From Lingula anatina (Eukaryota; Animalia; Brachiopoda), in contig CM120645.1 in NCBI GenBank assembly GCA_051362555.1, forward strand, positions 2,170,001-2,234,000: 64,000 nt of DNA. Direction: 5' to 3'. How positions within the stretch are numbered: the first letter of the stretch is position 1; each line of letters starts with the position of its first letter. Positions 1 through 12,405 of the stretch are shown one piece after another. A program made the position numbers and the translations under genes. The notes beneath the pieces were generated by a model, which worked only from the letters and a program-made list of their open reading frames with translations, did no database searches and was not told the origin of the DNA.

Positions 1-623
1 AAAATATAATTTCACCTGAACTGAATACATTATGTTTACAAATGATATAAGTACTGTATTTGTAAATTATGCATAACATATTTTATAGAAAACGGCGAGG
101 ATCGTGTTTTCACACACAATATATTTCGTTTCAGGCGATTCACTCCATGCAACCAAACCAGATACCACGTGTCAGGTACCGTCATTATATATCTGTCTAC
201 TTTGTGATCCATTATAAAAAGCATAGATAGTACGGTGATATGCATAAAGGAAGTTCTTGTATTAAAAAGAAGAGAATAGTACAAAGCTAGACAAATATAC
301 ATGTATGTGACAAAAATATTTCCTTTTGGTAGAGGGTAATCTTCATCAGATTCTTTTAATTTCAACCCCACTGTAATTTAAAAGTGTAATTGTGTACACA
401 CGTTTTTATAACGTCATTCGACCATAGATTACAAGCTATAAAATTGTGTTTTATTTTCTGACATTTTCACCTGGAATAAAATATCACTATAGCCAGCAAA
501 CCCCCCTTTTTTCATTTTAAATTACACTCTTTATGGAAGTCTCTATAGTGCTTCTAGCTGAAATATAGGACTTATTTATCTGCGATTTTACTGTACACTT
601 ATCTAGTATCCCATGATTTTCAG

Positions 624-3554
624 TCACCTATAATGAGTCCAACACACAAAAACCTGTTGGTACAAATGGGTCCCGTGCTGATAAAAGATCTTCAAGTTGA
701 AGATATTATCCCGGACATGGTAGGCAGGGGAATCTTCAATGAACGTAATGCAGAAAAGGTAATGACTCACAAAACAGAACAAGAACAAGCTTTTGAATTT
801 CTCCGCATTCTACCAAAATGTGGTCCTCATGCATTTGGAACCTTTGTCAAGGTGTTGAGAAAACACCATAAAAACGAACTTGCAGATTTGTTAACAGAAA
901 AGGCAACTGAATCCAGTAGTAAAAACCAAATAGCAAATTTCTACATCGATCACATGAGCCAGATACAGCGCCTTCCCTGGGATCCCGACGACACAGTGCA
1001 CATAGACGAGGCATATGTTAATTTACAATGGGTACAAGAAGACAGAAAATACACAGGCACCAGCTCCAAGCCAGTCACGTCTTATACCTCAATATTTGAA
1101 GATGTCAAACCTGGGAAGAAACCAAAGAGAATATTGGTAAGAGGAAAAGCAGGCATCGGCAAGACCACATTTACACAGAAGATGGCAACAGACTGGGCAA
1201 ATGCCACACTGGGTTTAGGAGAATGTGACGAAGTCCTTTTAAGATATAAACATGTTTTTATAATAAATCTACGCAGCATTCAGCCTGGTCAAACACTGAA
1301 GGAAGCAATGGAAACGCAAATCACTTGTGCTGCAGAAAATAGGAAAGCAGTGACAGATGAGGTCATGCAAGCTCTAGACTATGACACTGACCATGTTCTA
1401 TTAGTCTTTGATGGTTATGATGAATATGATATCAACACTTCCACAAAAATCACAGACATCATTTACAGAAGACGATACCAGAATGTGTGCACCGTGATCA
1501 CAACACGTCCATGGAAGGCAGGAGAACTGATGAACAGACGAATAATGGACGGTGCGTATGAAATCACTGGGCTAACAGAGGACAACATAGCTGAATATGT
1601 TGCTAAATTCTTTAATGATAAACAGACATATGATAAGAACTTGGCAGTGCCGTCAGGTTGGCAATTCTATGATAAGCGTAGGGTTATATTGAGTTCAATA
1701 GGGAAGGGTCTCGTAGGTTACCTAGACGAAAAAAAGCTGATGTCTTTGGTGAAGATCCCAATACTTCTCCTGTTCATTTGTCTTATGTGGCAAGAAGATC
1801 AAGAAAGTGATGCCCAGACAGATTCACTCCCAGCTTCACATTCACTTCTATACAAGAAACTAATACAGTTGCTTTTAAGACGAAGATACGGCATCAGGAC
1901 ACAGGTTGAAATGGAACAGTCTGCATGCGTTAAAAATCTTGAAGAAGAAACATTTATCAGCCTTGGCAAGCTGGCTTACGATGGACTGGTGAAACCAGAT
2001 GGGGGTCTCATATTTGATGAAAAGGACTTGCAGACGATTCCAGATGTCAACGAATTGTACAGTTTAGGTCTACTTAGCAAGTGTAAGGTTCACAGTAACC
2101 TTGATGTTAAACACGAGGTAACTTTTCCACACAAAACAATTCAGGAGTTTTTTGCGGCAAAATACCTGGCGGGGACATTAGACGAAAAGGTGAATAACAT
2201 TTTAGATCAATTGTTGGAAAACTTAGACACCCCTGATAAACTCTTCGACATGGATTTTGTGCTGCGCTTTGTGTGTGGGTTATCTAGGAGTGCAACTGGC
2301 AAAGTGCTACATAGAGCTAAATCTCTTCAAGGCGGATTTGAGGAAGAAATATTTCTACCTTTTGTCTGGAACAGTCATTTTCTCAGGGTTATCCAGTTGT
2401 GTAATGATCTCCTCCTAGAACACTGGTATGCCCACTGTCCCCAAGAAACAGTGCTGCCCCTTGAGCTTATCTCCTGGCACAGGGTACTTTACATACCTGA
2501 ATCATTTCGTCACTCTGATCCCAGATTCCAGCAGGTTTTGTATAACAGTTTAGATAGTTTATTCTCCAGTCCTCAGATGTATTTAGGTATGCTCAAAGGT
2601 TTGATTGCTGTCATTCTTGACCGTGACAAATTAGTTAGAAAATTACCAGACGATAAACCTACCAGAAAACAAGAAATAGAGCACAAACCTTTATCTTTAC
2701 TCAGAAAGTGTGACATGTTCGAGGAACTAGAAGCGGTACTTTGGATGACTAGATTTCACAGTTGTGATGATTACACAAATACCTTGAATCATGTTTTGTC
2801 AAAAGCTCCTAACCTTCAAACGCTTAAAATAGACTCAGGTTGTAGTGGAGCACTATTATTTATACCAAACCCTGGAAAACTGTTACATCTGGATGTCGTA
2901 TACATAAATAGTCAAGACTGCCAGGTGATCCAACAGATGAGATACTTGAAGTACATTAATGTAGTGGTATCAAGAGACCCACTTCCTCAACTGGGCGCAA
3001 TACCTAAAATCAGCCATGATTTGACTCATATACGTATCGATCGTACCCATCTTAGTGCCGTGGATGTACAACTTCTGGGGAGGAACCTTCGCCATGTGCC
3101 AGGGCTGGAACATCTGGAACTGGACTCTGTATTCAAGGGAGGATCTCGGTGTGGGCCTAGTAGGTGTACATGTCCTAGGGATGAAGATACAACATACTAT
3201 GACAGGTGTCAGGATGTCTGTAAAGCCGTGCGTGAACTGAGTCAAGGTGTGATATACACCACTAAGCTGAATAACTTCTCATTCGGTTACAATGCATTGA
3301 GTCAGTTCCACGGTATCACCAGTCCACTGATAGCATTGATACAATCTCTCAGTACAGTGTCAGAGCAGACTGGAATGGGTATTGACATGTCTTTAAATGG
3401 CCTCAGCAGAGTTGACCGCCTCAGTGAGCTGACAGAAGCCATTGTCAGCTCTTACCAGCATGTATCATCTTGGAATCTTAGCCGTAATGACCTTAAGGAG
3501 ATTGTCCCGAAGCCAGACCCCAGTCTTAAATGCAAAGTGCTCATAGTTTGGTGA
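624..3554 (+). CDS. NLR paralog 1: terminal coding exon encoding CARD-NACHT-helical/winged-helix-LRR (5' exons probably upstream of the window)
   Basis: 973-aa ORF 633-3554. CARD-like N-terminus (MSPTHKNLL...LPKCGPHAFGTFVKVL...LADLL), Walker A GKAGIGKTT (1143-1169), Walker B LLVFDGYDE, sensor ITTRP, IPILLLFIC, winged-helix FPHKTIQEFFAA, C-terminal LxxLxL repeats. Phase-0 acceptor ttttcag at 617-623 is equivalent to the acceptor of paralog 2. Confidence 0.93.
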   Translation, partial: SPIMSPTHKNLLVQMGPVLIKDLQVEDIIPDMVGRGIFNERNAEKVMTHKTEQEQAFEFLRILPKCGPHAFGTFVKVLRKHHKNELADLLTEKATESSSKNQIANFYIDHMSQIQRLPWDPDDTVHIDEAYVNLQWVQEDRKYTGTSSKPVTSYTSIFEDVKPGKKPKRILVRGKAGIGKTTFTQKMATDWANATLGLGECDEVLLRYKHVFIINLRSIQPGQTLKEAMETQITCAAENRKAVTDEVMQALDYDTDHVLLVFDGYDEYDINTSTKITDIIYRRRYQNVCTVITTRPWKAGELMNRRIMDGAYEITGLTEDNIAEYVAKFFNDKQTYDKNLAVPSGWQFYDKRRVILSSIGKGLVGYLDEKKLMSLVKIPILLLFICLMWQEDQESDAQTDSLPASHSLLYKKLIQLLLRRRYGIRTQVEMEQSACVKNLEEETFISLGKLAYDGLVKPDGGLIFDEKDLQTIPDVNELYSLGLLSKCKVHSNLDVKHEVTFPHKTIQEFFAAKYLAGTLDEKVNNILDQLLENLDTPDKLFDMDFVLRFVCGLSRSATGKVLHRAKSLQGGFEEEIFLPFVWNSHFLRVIQLCNDLLLEHWYAHCPQETVLPLELISWHRVLYIPESFRHSDPRFQQVLYNSLDSLFSSPQMYLGMLKGLIAVILDRDKLVRKLPDDKPTRKQEIEHKPLSLLRKCDMFEELEAVLWMTRFHSCDDYTNTLNHVLSKAPNLQTLKIDSGCSGALLFIPNPGKLLHLDVVYINSQDCQVIQQMRYLKYINVVVSRDPLPQLGAIPKISHDLTHIRIDRTHLSAVDVQLLGRNLRHVPGLEHLELDSVFKGGSRCGPSRCTCPRDEDTTYYDRCQDVCKAVRELSQGVIYTTKLNNFSFGYNALSQFHGITSPLIALIQSLSTVSEQTGMGIDMSLNGLSRVDRLSELTEAIVSSYQHVSSWNLSRNDLKEIVPKPDPSLKCKVLIVW

Positions 3555-6524
3555 AAGTAAGGAGGAGGACGACTAGTTACTTGCTATGTAAACACCTAAA
3601 AATTGAGACCTAAACTTATAAAAGTTAGAGGAAAATCTTGCCCACATAAACTGGTACAAGCCAGAAGTGATGTTTATTTCTAGGTGTGACTGCTGTAGTA
3701 CAGTTCTTATATTTTCATCACCAAGCAATGCTAAAACATGCCTTGGTCTACCAGTATTTCAGAATTCAATATTTATGCATGTTACCCAGACACTAATAGT
3801 ATGGAAAACATGATTGTTACATTGTATCTTATAGTCAGCCTACAGCAACTTCTGGTATAGTGGATTCAAAATCATTGTGTCGCAATTTGAATAATTAAAC
3901 TTGATACAATTGTAAATAATTGATACATTTATGTTTTTTTCAATAACTGTACATATCACAACGGTAACTAACAGATCAAGACATACAATTTGGTTATGAT
4001 ATTTTATTTTGACTCACTTATATAAACATATTATCCTTATTTGTATATAAAATGGTGTGCTGATTGTGAAATTTTTTCAATACACATATATTTACATTAT
4101 GCACACACGTGTGATTGTCTTAGTGTATGTGTAAATATTATGTTCTAAAATGTACATGTATAACGATGAATAAGGTGGGTTTTTATTAAGGATTTAGATA
4201 GCTTATTTGTTGACTTACATACAGCTGTTCATGAAATTTTAGTGTCTTTGTGAAAAATAAAGTGTAAATTTGTATATCACGATGTGTGTGCGAGTTGGAT
4301 GGGTGGAATGTATGGTTGTTAAAGAACTTGCTTTTGTACATTTAAAATACAACGTCATTGATCACGTGTTTGACATATTATGTAGTTTCAGTATTTTGAA
4401 ACTTTTTATAATTAGCCGTTAACACACATTAACACACATTTATTGAAGGAACTGTAGAATGAAAATTAAGCGTTTTTTGAGTTTTCATCTGCACATAATT
4501 CTGATTATTGCTTATACAGACATTAGACTTGAAGGTAATGATGGATTTTTTAGTTATTGTTGAAAATTGAAGTTTTGTGGAACAAAAATTCTAGTTGTGA
4601 AGATTAACATAAGAAGTCTTATAAAAATTTCCAATATTTTTGTCATAAAAGATCATAAAAGATCCCACGTGTTGTAATAGTGCTATGAAGAAAAAATAAA
4701 TAGCGAGTTATTCAACACATACCTGTATGGTGTAAACACATTTTTTGTAATAAGTGTGAAATGTAGAAAGTGACAGCATATTTTCCCGGTAATATTTAAA
4801 TACTTGGTCAATCAGTTTAAAGACAAACAGCAACTGCAGTATGGTGTGGTTTTAATACGTAACTCTATGGCTGCTCATCATTATCATTTGTAGTATGTAC
4901 ATCTAAAAAAAAGTGATTTAATAAGTAACCAGTGCATTCCGAACTGGGGGTAATAAATGGTTTAATAATGTATCAGTGCAGACAGACCTGGGAATGATAG
5001 ATGATATAATAAAGTATCAATGCAGTCAAACCTGGGAGTGAGAAATGATTTTATATTGTAACATAATCACATATTTTGAGGCCCACTGATTGGTCGGGAG
5101 CGTCAAGTGCAGGTCAATGTGAGATCATATTGCCCTCGCAATCAGTCAATATTGTTTTTTTCGTTGGATCGGTTTCGGTTTTTCTAGACACGGGATCGAA
5201 AGCAGGACCGTTTGCTTCTGATTTCAGCATGCTAGTCAGTAGGCCATCTAAACGAGCGTAAAAATCTATCCACTCAGCCGATTTGGACAGCCAGCTTATC
5301 TAGTGCAAATTAAGCTCTATAAGGCAACACTACGTGTTACTCACCCACCTGTTAATGATTTATTATAGTTGTGTTCTAACTGCAATGTGAATATCAACCG
5401 CACGTGGAGTTTTGCAGAGAACAATTTGACCTCTAAAATGAAAAGGGAATGGTTCCAAATTCGTGTGCTATATACTATATTTACAAGGCTTAATCCTATT
5501 CAGAATATCCATCAAGGGGATGTTATAGAAGTAAGAGGTTCAACATGATGATTTTTATGTAGACATGCTTCTAGGAGTACAGTGACGGTGCGTGTGGTTT
5601 AATTGGAAGAAAAATCGATCTACTGGGATCCACCGTGGACTTGTAAGGCTCCAAATCTCTACACAGGACCTTAGCTTTAGTACATCAAAGTACATGTACT
5701 AGTGCCGCGACCGAAAAACGTTCCGACTGACTTGTCCGTATTGAACACAAACATAATTGTAAACTGAAGTGTATATGTAATATTACCATTATTGGCTCAA
5801 AAAATCACGCGATGCCCTTTTACCCGACGAATGATCATGGCGGTGATTTTTGACTATTCTTGAAGTCCACGGTACAAAGTAGCGCCGTCGAAATTCGAGG
5901 CCCGCCCCACCCCTCAAAAAAAAGCCCTTTTAGAAAAAGAATCTTACAGCCAGTAATAAAGAAAGTCTGTTCAATTCAAGACAACTATACAAAACGCCAT
6001 CTCATTACCATTACAAATGCAATGAAAAAAAATCTGTTATATAGTTTTTCCACATACCACATTTTACTACAACTTTCTTTAGTACAACTATGTCATATGC
6101 AAAATTGCCGTGATCATTACGTAGACGTCATATAAATATCGTATGGTTAATACAAAATACATAAAAGCTAAACTATAAATCTTTACAGGTGCCGGCCATG
6201 TGTATAGGTTATACTGCTATATTGACGTCTCTTCTCGGCATATATTTAAAACATACACTTGAGAATAAAATAAAATTTTCCAACAAACTTTGCCAAAGCC
6301 ATGTACGTCCACATGCAATAATCCCATAACCATCATGGCGATTTTCTATGGAAATCTGTCAACTACACATGAAACACAGGCATGATGAAACGTTTGTACC
6401 CCATTATCCTTTAGTATAGTGATATTTTACTCAAAAATTATGTTTAACTTCTGATAAATGAAACACAAAACAAAACAAAGCACGATTTCATTGCTTTGGC
6501 GAAATACCCTCATAATTCAAAACG

Positions 6525-9229
6525 TCAAAAATCATTTGTTTTTGCCACTGATACTTCAGTTCCCGGACCATTGGAGGTGATGAGGGTGTCATCTTCTAAC
6601 TGAAAATAAATATAAATAAATAAATAAATAAATAAATAAATATCAGCAATTATGAGTTAGATGTTTTCGTTTACAATCACGACCACTTTACTAAGGGTGC
6701 ATTCCCAGAGATTAAGATCGATCCAGAGATTTAGATTTAGATCGACCTAACTCCCTTGGGGGTCACGCTAAATTGCAGTCAGCCGAGGGCGCACCATGGT
6801 AAATATTACCCCCTTACAATTGTTGCTCTGTCTTTCTTCGCCCGTAGAGTAGCAGACGAGGACAAATTTATCATTTTTGTGATATCTTTCGTGGTTGGGG
6901 AGGAGAAGGGTCTGGTAGTAAAATATATTGTTCGTATTATAGTTTTCAGCGCCACATAGAGCATCTGAACTGTATCCTCTGCCTTGAGGAGGTCAAATTT
7001 GTAAGCATCTTCAGGTATTAAAAATTGCCCCGTTTTGCTGTTCTTTATATCTTTTTGGGTGGGGTTCAGAAGGATCTGGCAGTAAGATGTCGTTTATATG
7101 CTGGCTTTCACTGCTGTTTCCTCCCCAGAGAGGTGAAAACGTCTACACCCCGTACATATCAGAGGGTAACATTCCAGACATACTGTCACCCCCCCCCCCC
7201 CCCCAATCCACACACACAGAATTGTCAAATTGTTTACAATACCTTCTGAAGCAGGGGTAGTTCGGTTGTCAGTACAGCAAGTACTGCGTCGTGGACCGTA
7301 AGATAGATGGCGTCTCTGCCTTGGTCACCGAGGAATACATTCTTCTGGACTGTCTCAGTAAGCTCATCTAGAAGACAGACAGAAGTCAGAAACAATCAGA
7401 ATTTTCAATGTCAACTTACAACATTAATAATTAATACTGACAGTAATTTTCACCTTTGTATGAACCACTTTTTTTATAAAAGTTGAGCTTACATTATAAG
7501 AACCAATAATCAGATCTTCAAATACTGTCATATTATTAGTAAGTTTTCTTGGAGAATCCAAGTCTCTAGAAAAATTAAATTAAAGATTAAACTTTAGATT
7601 AAAGAAAATAGATATACTGCTTTCTAAATTCTCTACTAGTTCGTGTTACACAGTACATCGCAGTGTTGTAACAAACCTCTGCAATGCGCAAAAACAACCT
7701 GGACTCCAATGTCTTTGTAATCACATACAATCTGAAATGAAATTAACAATAATTGAATCGTTTTAACTTTCCGCTTATTTTCTTATTTTAGCTAATTGAT
7801 CCGTTTTATGATAGATTGAAAGGGTCAGTATGAACAATGTAACAATAAAAAACAATCGCACGAGTAAAACATGTAATTAAACACACTGTTAGGTATAGAA
7901 GTGAAATAATTATCATATACCGAGATGAAAGGACAGTATCATTTCCAGCATGATATGCAATTTTGTTTCAATCAAACCTGTCGTATTTATGAATGGACAG
8001 AGAGAGAAGCGAGAGAGAGAGAGAGAGGGGGAGAGAAAGGAGAGGGGAAGTGACTTTAACCTGTTTCAGAGCCTGGATACCAACAGCGTCTACAAAAGCC
8101 ATGGCGGAACAGTCAACTATGATATGATGAATAGCGGGCTGAGGTGGAAGCTCTTCATTAACTTCTGAGGGTAATTTGTCATCAGGTTGGACGTCCTCTA
8201 TGTGGAGGCTAAGTACTTCTTTGGGCAGGCCTATCATACCTCTGTTACTTATACCGTTCACTTCTGTAGTCTTCTTTATTGTGGTAGAAATGCACTGAAT
8301 GAATAACAACTCTTAGTAAAAAATTCTAAAGAGTTAATGCTGGTCTAATATATGTATTTGATGGATAATGTATGAACGTTTTTTTTTTTTTTTTCTCCAG
8401 AACACACTACTGGTTGGTATCACATTTCTTTTCCATTCAAAGCGCGGCAATACGGATCAGAATAGATTATATCGTTGAAATAATAATAATAATAATAATA
8501 ATAATGATTAGTAAAGCAAATTGCCAATTAATAGAGCTCCACTAAAGCCCGCCACCAAAAATCGACTTTGACCATTCCGAAATTGTTTATGGAAACCCGT
8601 TATTTACTTTGTGTTACTTTGAGTGAAACCATTATGACCAACAAATTAAAATATTTATCTCTTTGATGGGGTTAATAAATCATTGAATAAACGCCAATAT
8701 TTATGTGAAATCTAACCTCTACTTTTTGTCTTTTCTTCTCTTCCTTCTCTCTCTCTTTCTCCAACGCTTCGCTTTTCTCTTTGCTCTTCATCTGTTTCGC
8801 TTTCAGGAGTACCAGATCACAGCCAGTAGCTGCATACAGCTTGCTCCGGAAGTGTTCAGCGTTGGCGTAATACAGAGATGATCCAAAGTGAAATATCTTG
8901 ATACCAGGAATCTCTTCCACCTGGATATATATGTATACTACAAAATTCCTTTATCACCATGATCAGCATTGTTATTATTATTATAATAATTGTTATTTTT
9001 CAGAAGAAAAAGAAAAAGAAATCTGGGTGATCTGAATAAAACACTAAATAAGTCAGTAAATCAATATAAACAACCACTGGTCTCGTCCTTTTAACATTTT
9101 GCATTACCCATATTCCAGGGGCGAAAAACAGCTATTTTGTTCGGGAGAAAAGGGCAGTTGCGCTCATCATATCTTGTTGATGATAAAAATGCCTCAAGCA
9201 AACAGTAAATCAAGTCAAGTGATTGCCCC

Positions 9230-9263
<34 letters not shown>

Positions 9264-10342
9264 ACGTCTCATGCCTCGTAGGCAACCACATGTGTCGTCT
9301 CTTAAAATATTTTTGTTATCATATGCCTATGTTGGTGCCCTTGGAATAGCAGTTATATCAAAATCAAAATTATAAAACACACTCACCATATAAAAGGTTA
9401 GGAAACAAAGTTGTTTTTAATAATTAAAAAAGACTGTGTAATGAAGTGGGAAAATCTTCAGTGTATATAAAAAATCCAATAAATGGTGGATGCATTACCC
9501 ATCAACATTTTGTGAAAATATTAACCTTAGCTACTGTGGTTATTTTAGTATAATTCAAAATAACGGTGTTTGTGGATTTTTGGGCTACTGTATATTTGAA
9601 ACCAATAACTTAAAAAGCATACTCACCATCTTGTATATATTGCTGTCTCTGTATATATCCGAGTGGGGTACTCTCCCATACAAACACGTGTACGGCCTTA
9701 TATAGAAGAAATAGGTGTGTTATTATATTATGGAGACAACTGTATGTAGCGCACTTAAAGGAAAGACGATCTTATTTCTAATTGTCCAGATGGCAGATTC
9801 AAAACACTGGCTGACTATGTAGGCTGCCAAGTGTTTGAAACTCTTCCACAGTCACCATGCAAAATCAAAATTTTAATTATTTAAAAATTTTAATTTAATT
9901 TATTTTACTTCCAGCATGAAATAGCGAAATTATATCGTATATCGAAAGTTTTTCCCTTTTTGATAAATGTTAAAGAGATTTATGTACAAATGCACTGTGG
10001 GTTTATGAAAAAAATGCAAAGATATCGATAATTAATGTAGGTGACAAAATCAAAACGCTATTTTGATACACAGGCTGATACCTGTATGGAATTTTATCGG
10101 CATATACCATAAAATATAATAAATGCACTTGTAGCATGAAGTTTTCAACACACCATAACATAACGGTAAAATATTAAATAGTACTACATTATGCATTGAT
10201 AGTGCTATACTGTCGAAAATATATTAGGCAGATGTGTTGAAAATACCATGGTCAGGTGATACAAACTAAATATGTCTTACCATTGTGTCCATTGTAAGGA
10301 TAACGCAACGAACATTCTTAACATGATGATATTCACAACCAT
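6525..10342 (-). pseudogene. 5'-truncated duplicate of SLC26 paralog A retaining exons 12-17 (STAS domain); pseudogene or STAS-only gene
   Basis: Exons 9696-9627, 8920-8717, 8273-8061, 7731-7677, 7367-7243 and 6599-6525 are near-identical to paralog A exons 12-17. Only the last ~10 nt and donor of exon 11 remain (10281-10290). No transmembrane exons were found upstream. Confidence 0.85.
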
Positions 10343-11246
10343 TATTTAGCCTTGATATGTTTACACTACCCTGAGTGTCAGAGCAACGTAATATTAAATA
10401 TACCTATGGTATTGTTGCTATGGGTTATGTATGAAATCAAAATCGAGCTGACAATACCGGAATCTAGAACCTAGGGTAGTCGTCAGCATACGGCCGCAGA
10501 GATTCTACGAATAAAAATCATTTAATGCACGCCATACATGTAGCGCTGTCTAGTTTTTGTTTCGAGTTTGGCTACATGATGTTTATTATGGCTATGAAAT
10601 AGTTTTAACACCCAGCTTCAATCCAACAATCTAACCGCAATATTTGTACAGATAAGAACCTGCGTTAGGTCGCTGGTAATCAATCATTATTAGTCGTCAT
10701 AGCGAGCCTTTGTACGCGTGTGCTATCTCTTCATATGAAGGTGAAGGCGAAATGCAATGCACATGCAAATAAGTTCTAGAAGTCGCCGAAATTTGATAAT
10801 TGAAAAGTTGGTAAAGAGCAAAGTGGTAGTGAAAAACACTATGCTAGCCTACATTCAGCGATCAAAGAAATCGTTATTGGAATTAAGGAGCTTGAGTACC
10901 AGGTGACAATGCGACACTGAAATATTTTTATGACTCACAATGTCACCAACATCACCTGACAACATTGGAGAGACGCCATGTTACTTTCTTAGAGGAAAAT
11001 CTTAACGCAGCTCAAATAATGTCACTTTTGAAGACTTAAAATGTAAAAGGATCCGACTTCATCGTGGAAAAAATCTAACAAAACTTTTTTGTGCAAGAAC
11101 TCACTGTGCTTGGAAACCCAATGATGTATTTTTATTTGATGAATGTAGAAGACTTCCCTAATTAAATTTTTTTTGAAGAAATATTCGTAAAAGACCGCAG
11201 ACAGATTGAATCTTAGAGGTACAGTATGGGGCTTACTATTTACAAA

Positions 11247-11392
11247 CTCTCTCTCTCTCTCTCCTCTCCTATCCTGTTTCCTCCAGTCTCTCTCTCTCCA
11301 TTCCTCCTCTCCTATCCTGTTTCCTCCAGTCTCTCTCTCTCTCTCCATTTCTCCTCTCCTATCCTGTTTCCTCAAGTCTATCTCTCTCCACT
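11247..11392. repeat. CT-rich minisatellite (~38-bp unit x3)
   Basis: ctcctctcctatcctgtttcctccagtctctctctc repeated. Confidence 0.9.
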
Positions 11393-12373
11393 TCTTTTAA
11401 TGAAAATGCATGAATATTATTCGTGACTACTATCACAAAGACTTCTACTCTTTTTCGACAACATGAAATTTGGTTAGCAGCCTGACATCTTTAAGAGGAT
11501 TCTTTTCGAGAAAAATGGACTCAGTCACTGTACATGCATATACATTTAAATGAACGACCTGTTTCGTGTAATATCCCTATATCGACTTTGATATCTCAAA
11601 TGCTAAGAGTGATATTTTAGTTCTAGTTTATGTATGCTTATTTTGAAGGAAAAATCAGTCAAAACTATTTAGGCTTAAAATTGTCACGTAGAAGAAGTCT
11701 AAAAGGAGGCTGAAATAAATACAGGGATGGGAACAATAATGGGAAGTTAGGTTTTACACGTTCAAAGCTAAGGATGGTCTTAATGATGATGATTGCGAAT
11801 TAAGGGTTAATTTGCTCTCTTTCTCTCTATCTCTCTCGGCCCAGAAAACGAGAATTATGAATGTACCAATTTTCAGAAAGATTAGTATTTAAAACTATAA
11901 TGCTTATGTGCACTTTGTCAGTGAAACTGAGGGATGTTCAATAATCAGTTAAACTGGTTTCCTTCCAAGGTGACCTTGAGGTTCCCATATCTGGTTGAAA
12001 CTGGTTCTTTTATCTCTGTAACCTAACTGACGTTGAATATTGCTTGCACCAGCAGTCTCTAGAGAATAACATTGAATCATTCTCCTGTGTGTTTCTTATA
12101 ATATTTCAAGTATTTTTTTAGCTTTTTTACCGATCTCATTTACAACCGAACGTGGCTAGGATATCAACTACATGAATAACAGTTTGATTACTGATATTAC
12201 ATGCCCCTGTTAGTACAGCCTTGACTTATATGAAGGTCCTGTTTATTGACAACATCACCTGATTTTGCTGCTTGACAAGTTTAAAGTAATATATAAATTA
12301 TTAAACTAACTGTGACTGTGCACAACTGCAAGATAGCAGACTTACTTGTAGAGTGTGGCAGTCAGCGAGAGTA

Positions 12374-12405
<32 letters not shown>

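Larger units (their letters stand above)
624..10370. repeat. Segmental duplication copy 1 (NLR terminal exon + 3' flank + SLC26 3' end); copy 2 is ~30097-39380
   Basis: Colinear homology: 624-4420 with 30097-33850, 5790-10290 with 34050-38600, and 10320-10370 with ~39338-39385 after an internal deletion. Confidence 0.92.

Noticed and set aside
1082-3245. Antisense and alternate-frame ORFs inside the NLR exons (also 30555-32909)
   Set aside because: Shadow ORFs of the real coding strand with no recognisable motifs.
4921-5050. Three degenerate ~47-bp tandem units downstream of NLR paralog 1
   Set aside because: A short decayed minisatellite with no sign of function.
11022-11426. ORFs with repetitive ERERE or SLSLS peptides (similar ones at 14413, 16323, 33895, 35308)
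   Set aside because: They are translations of micro/minisatellites and homopolymer runs.
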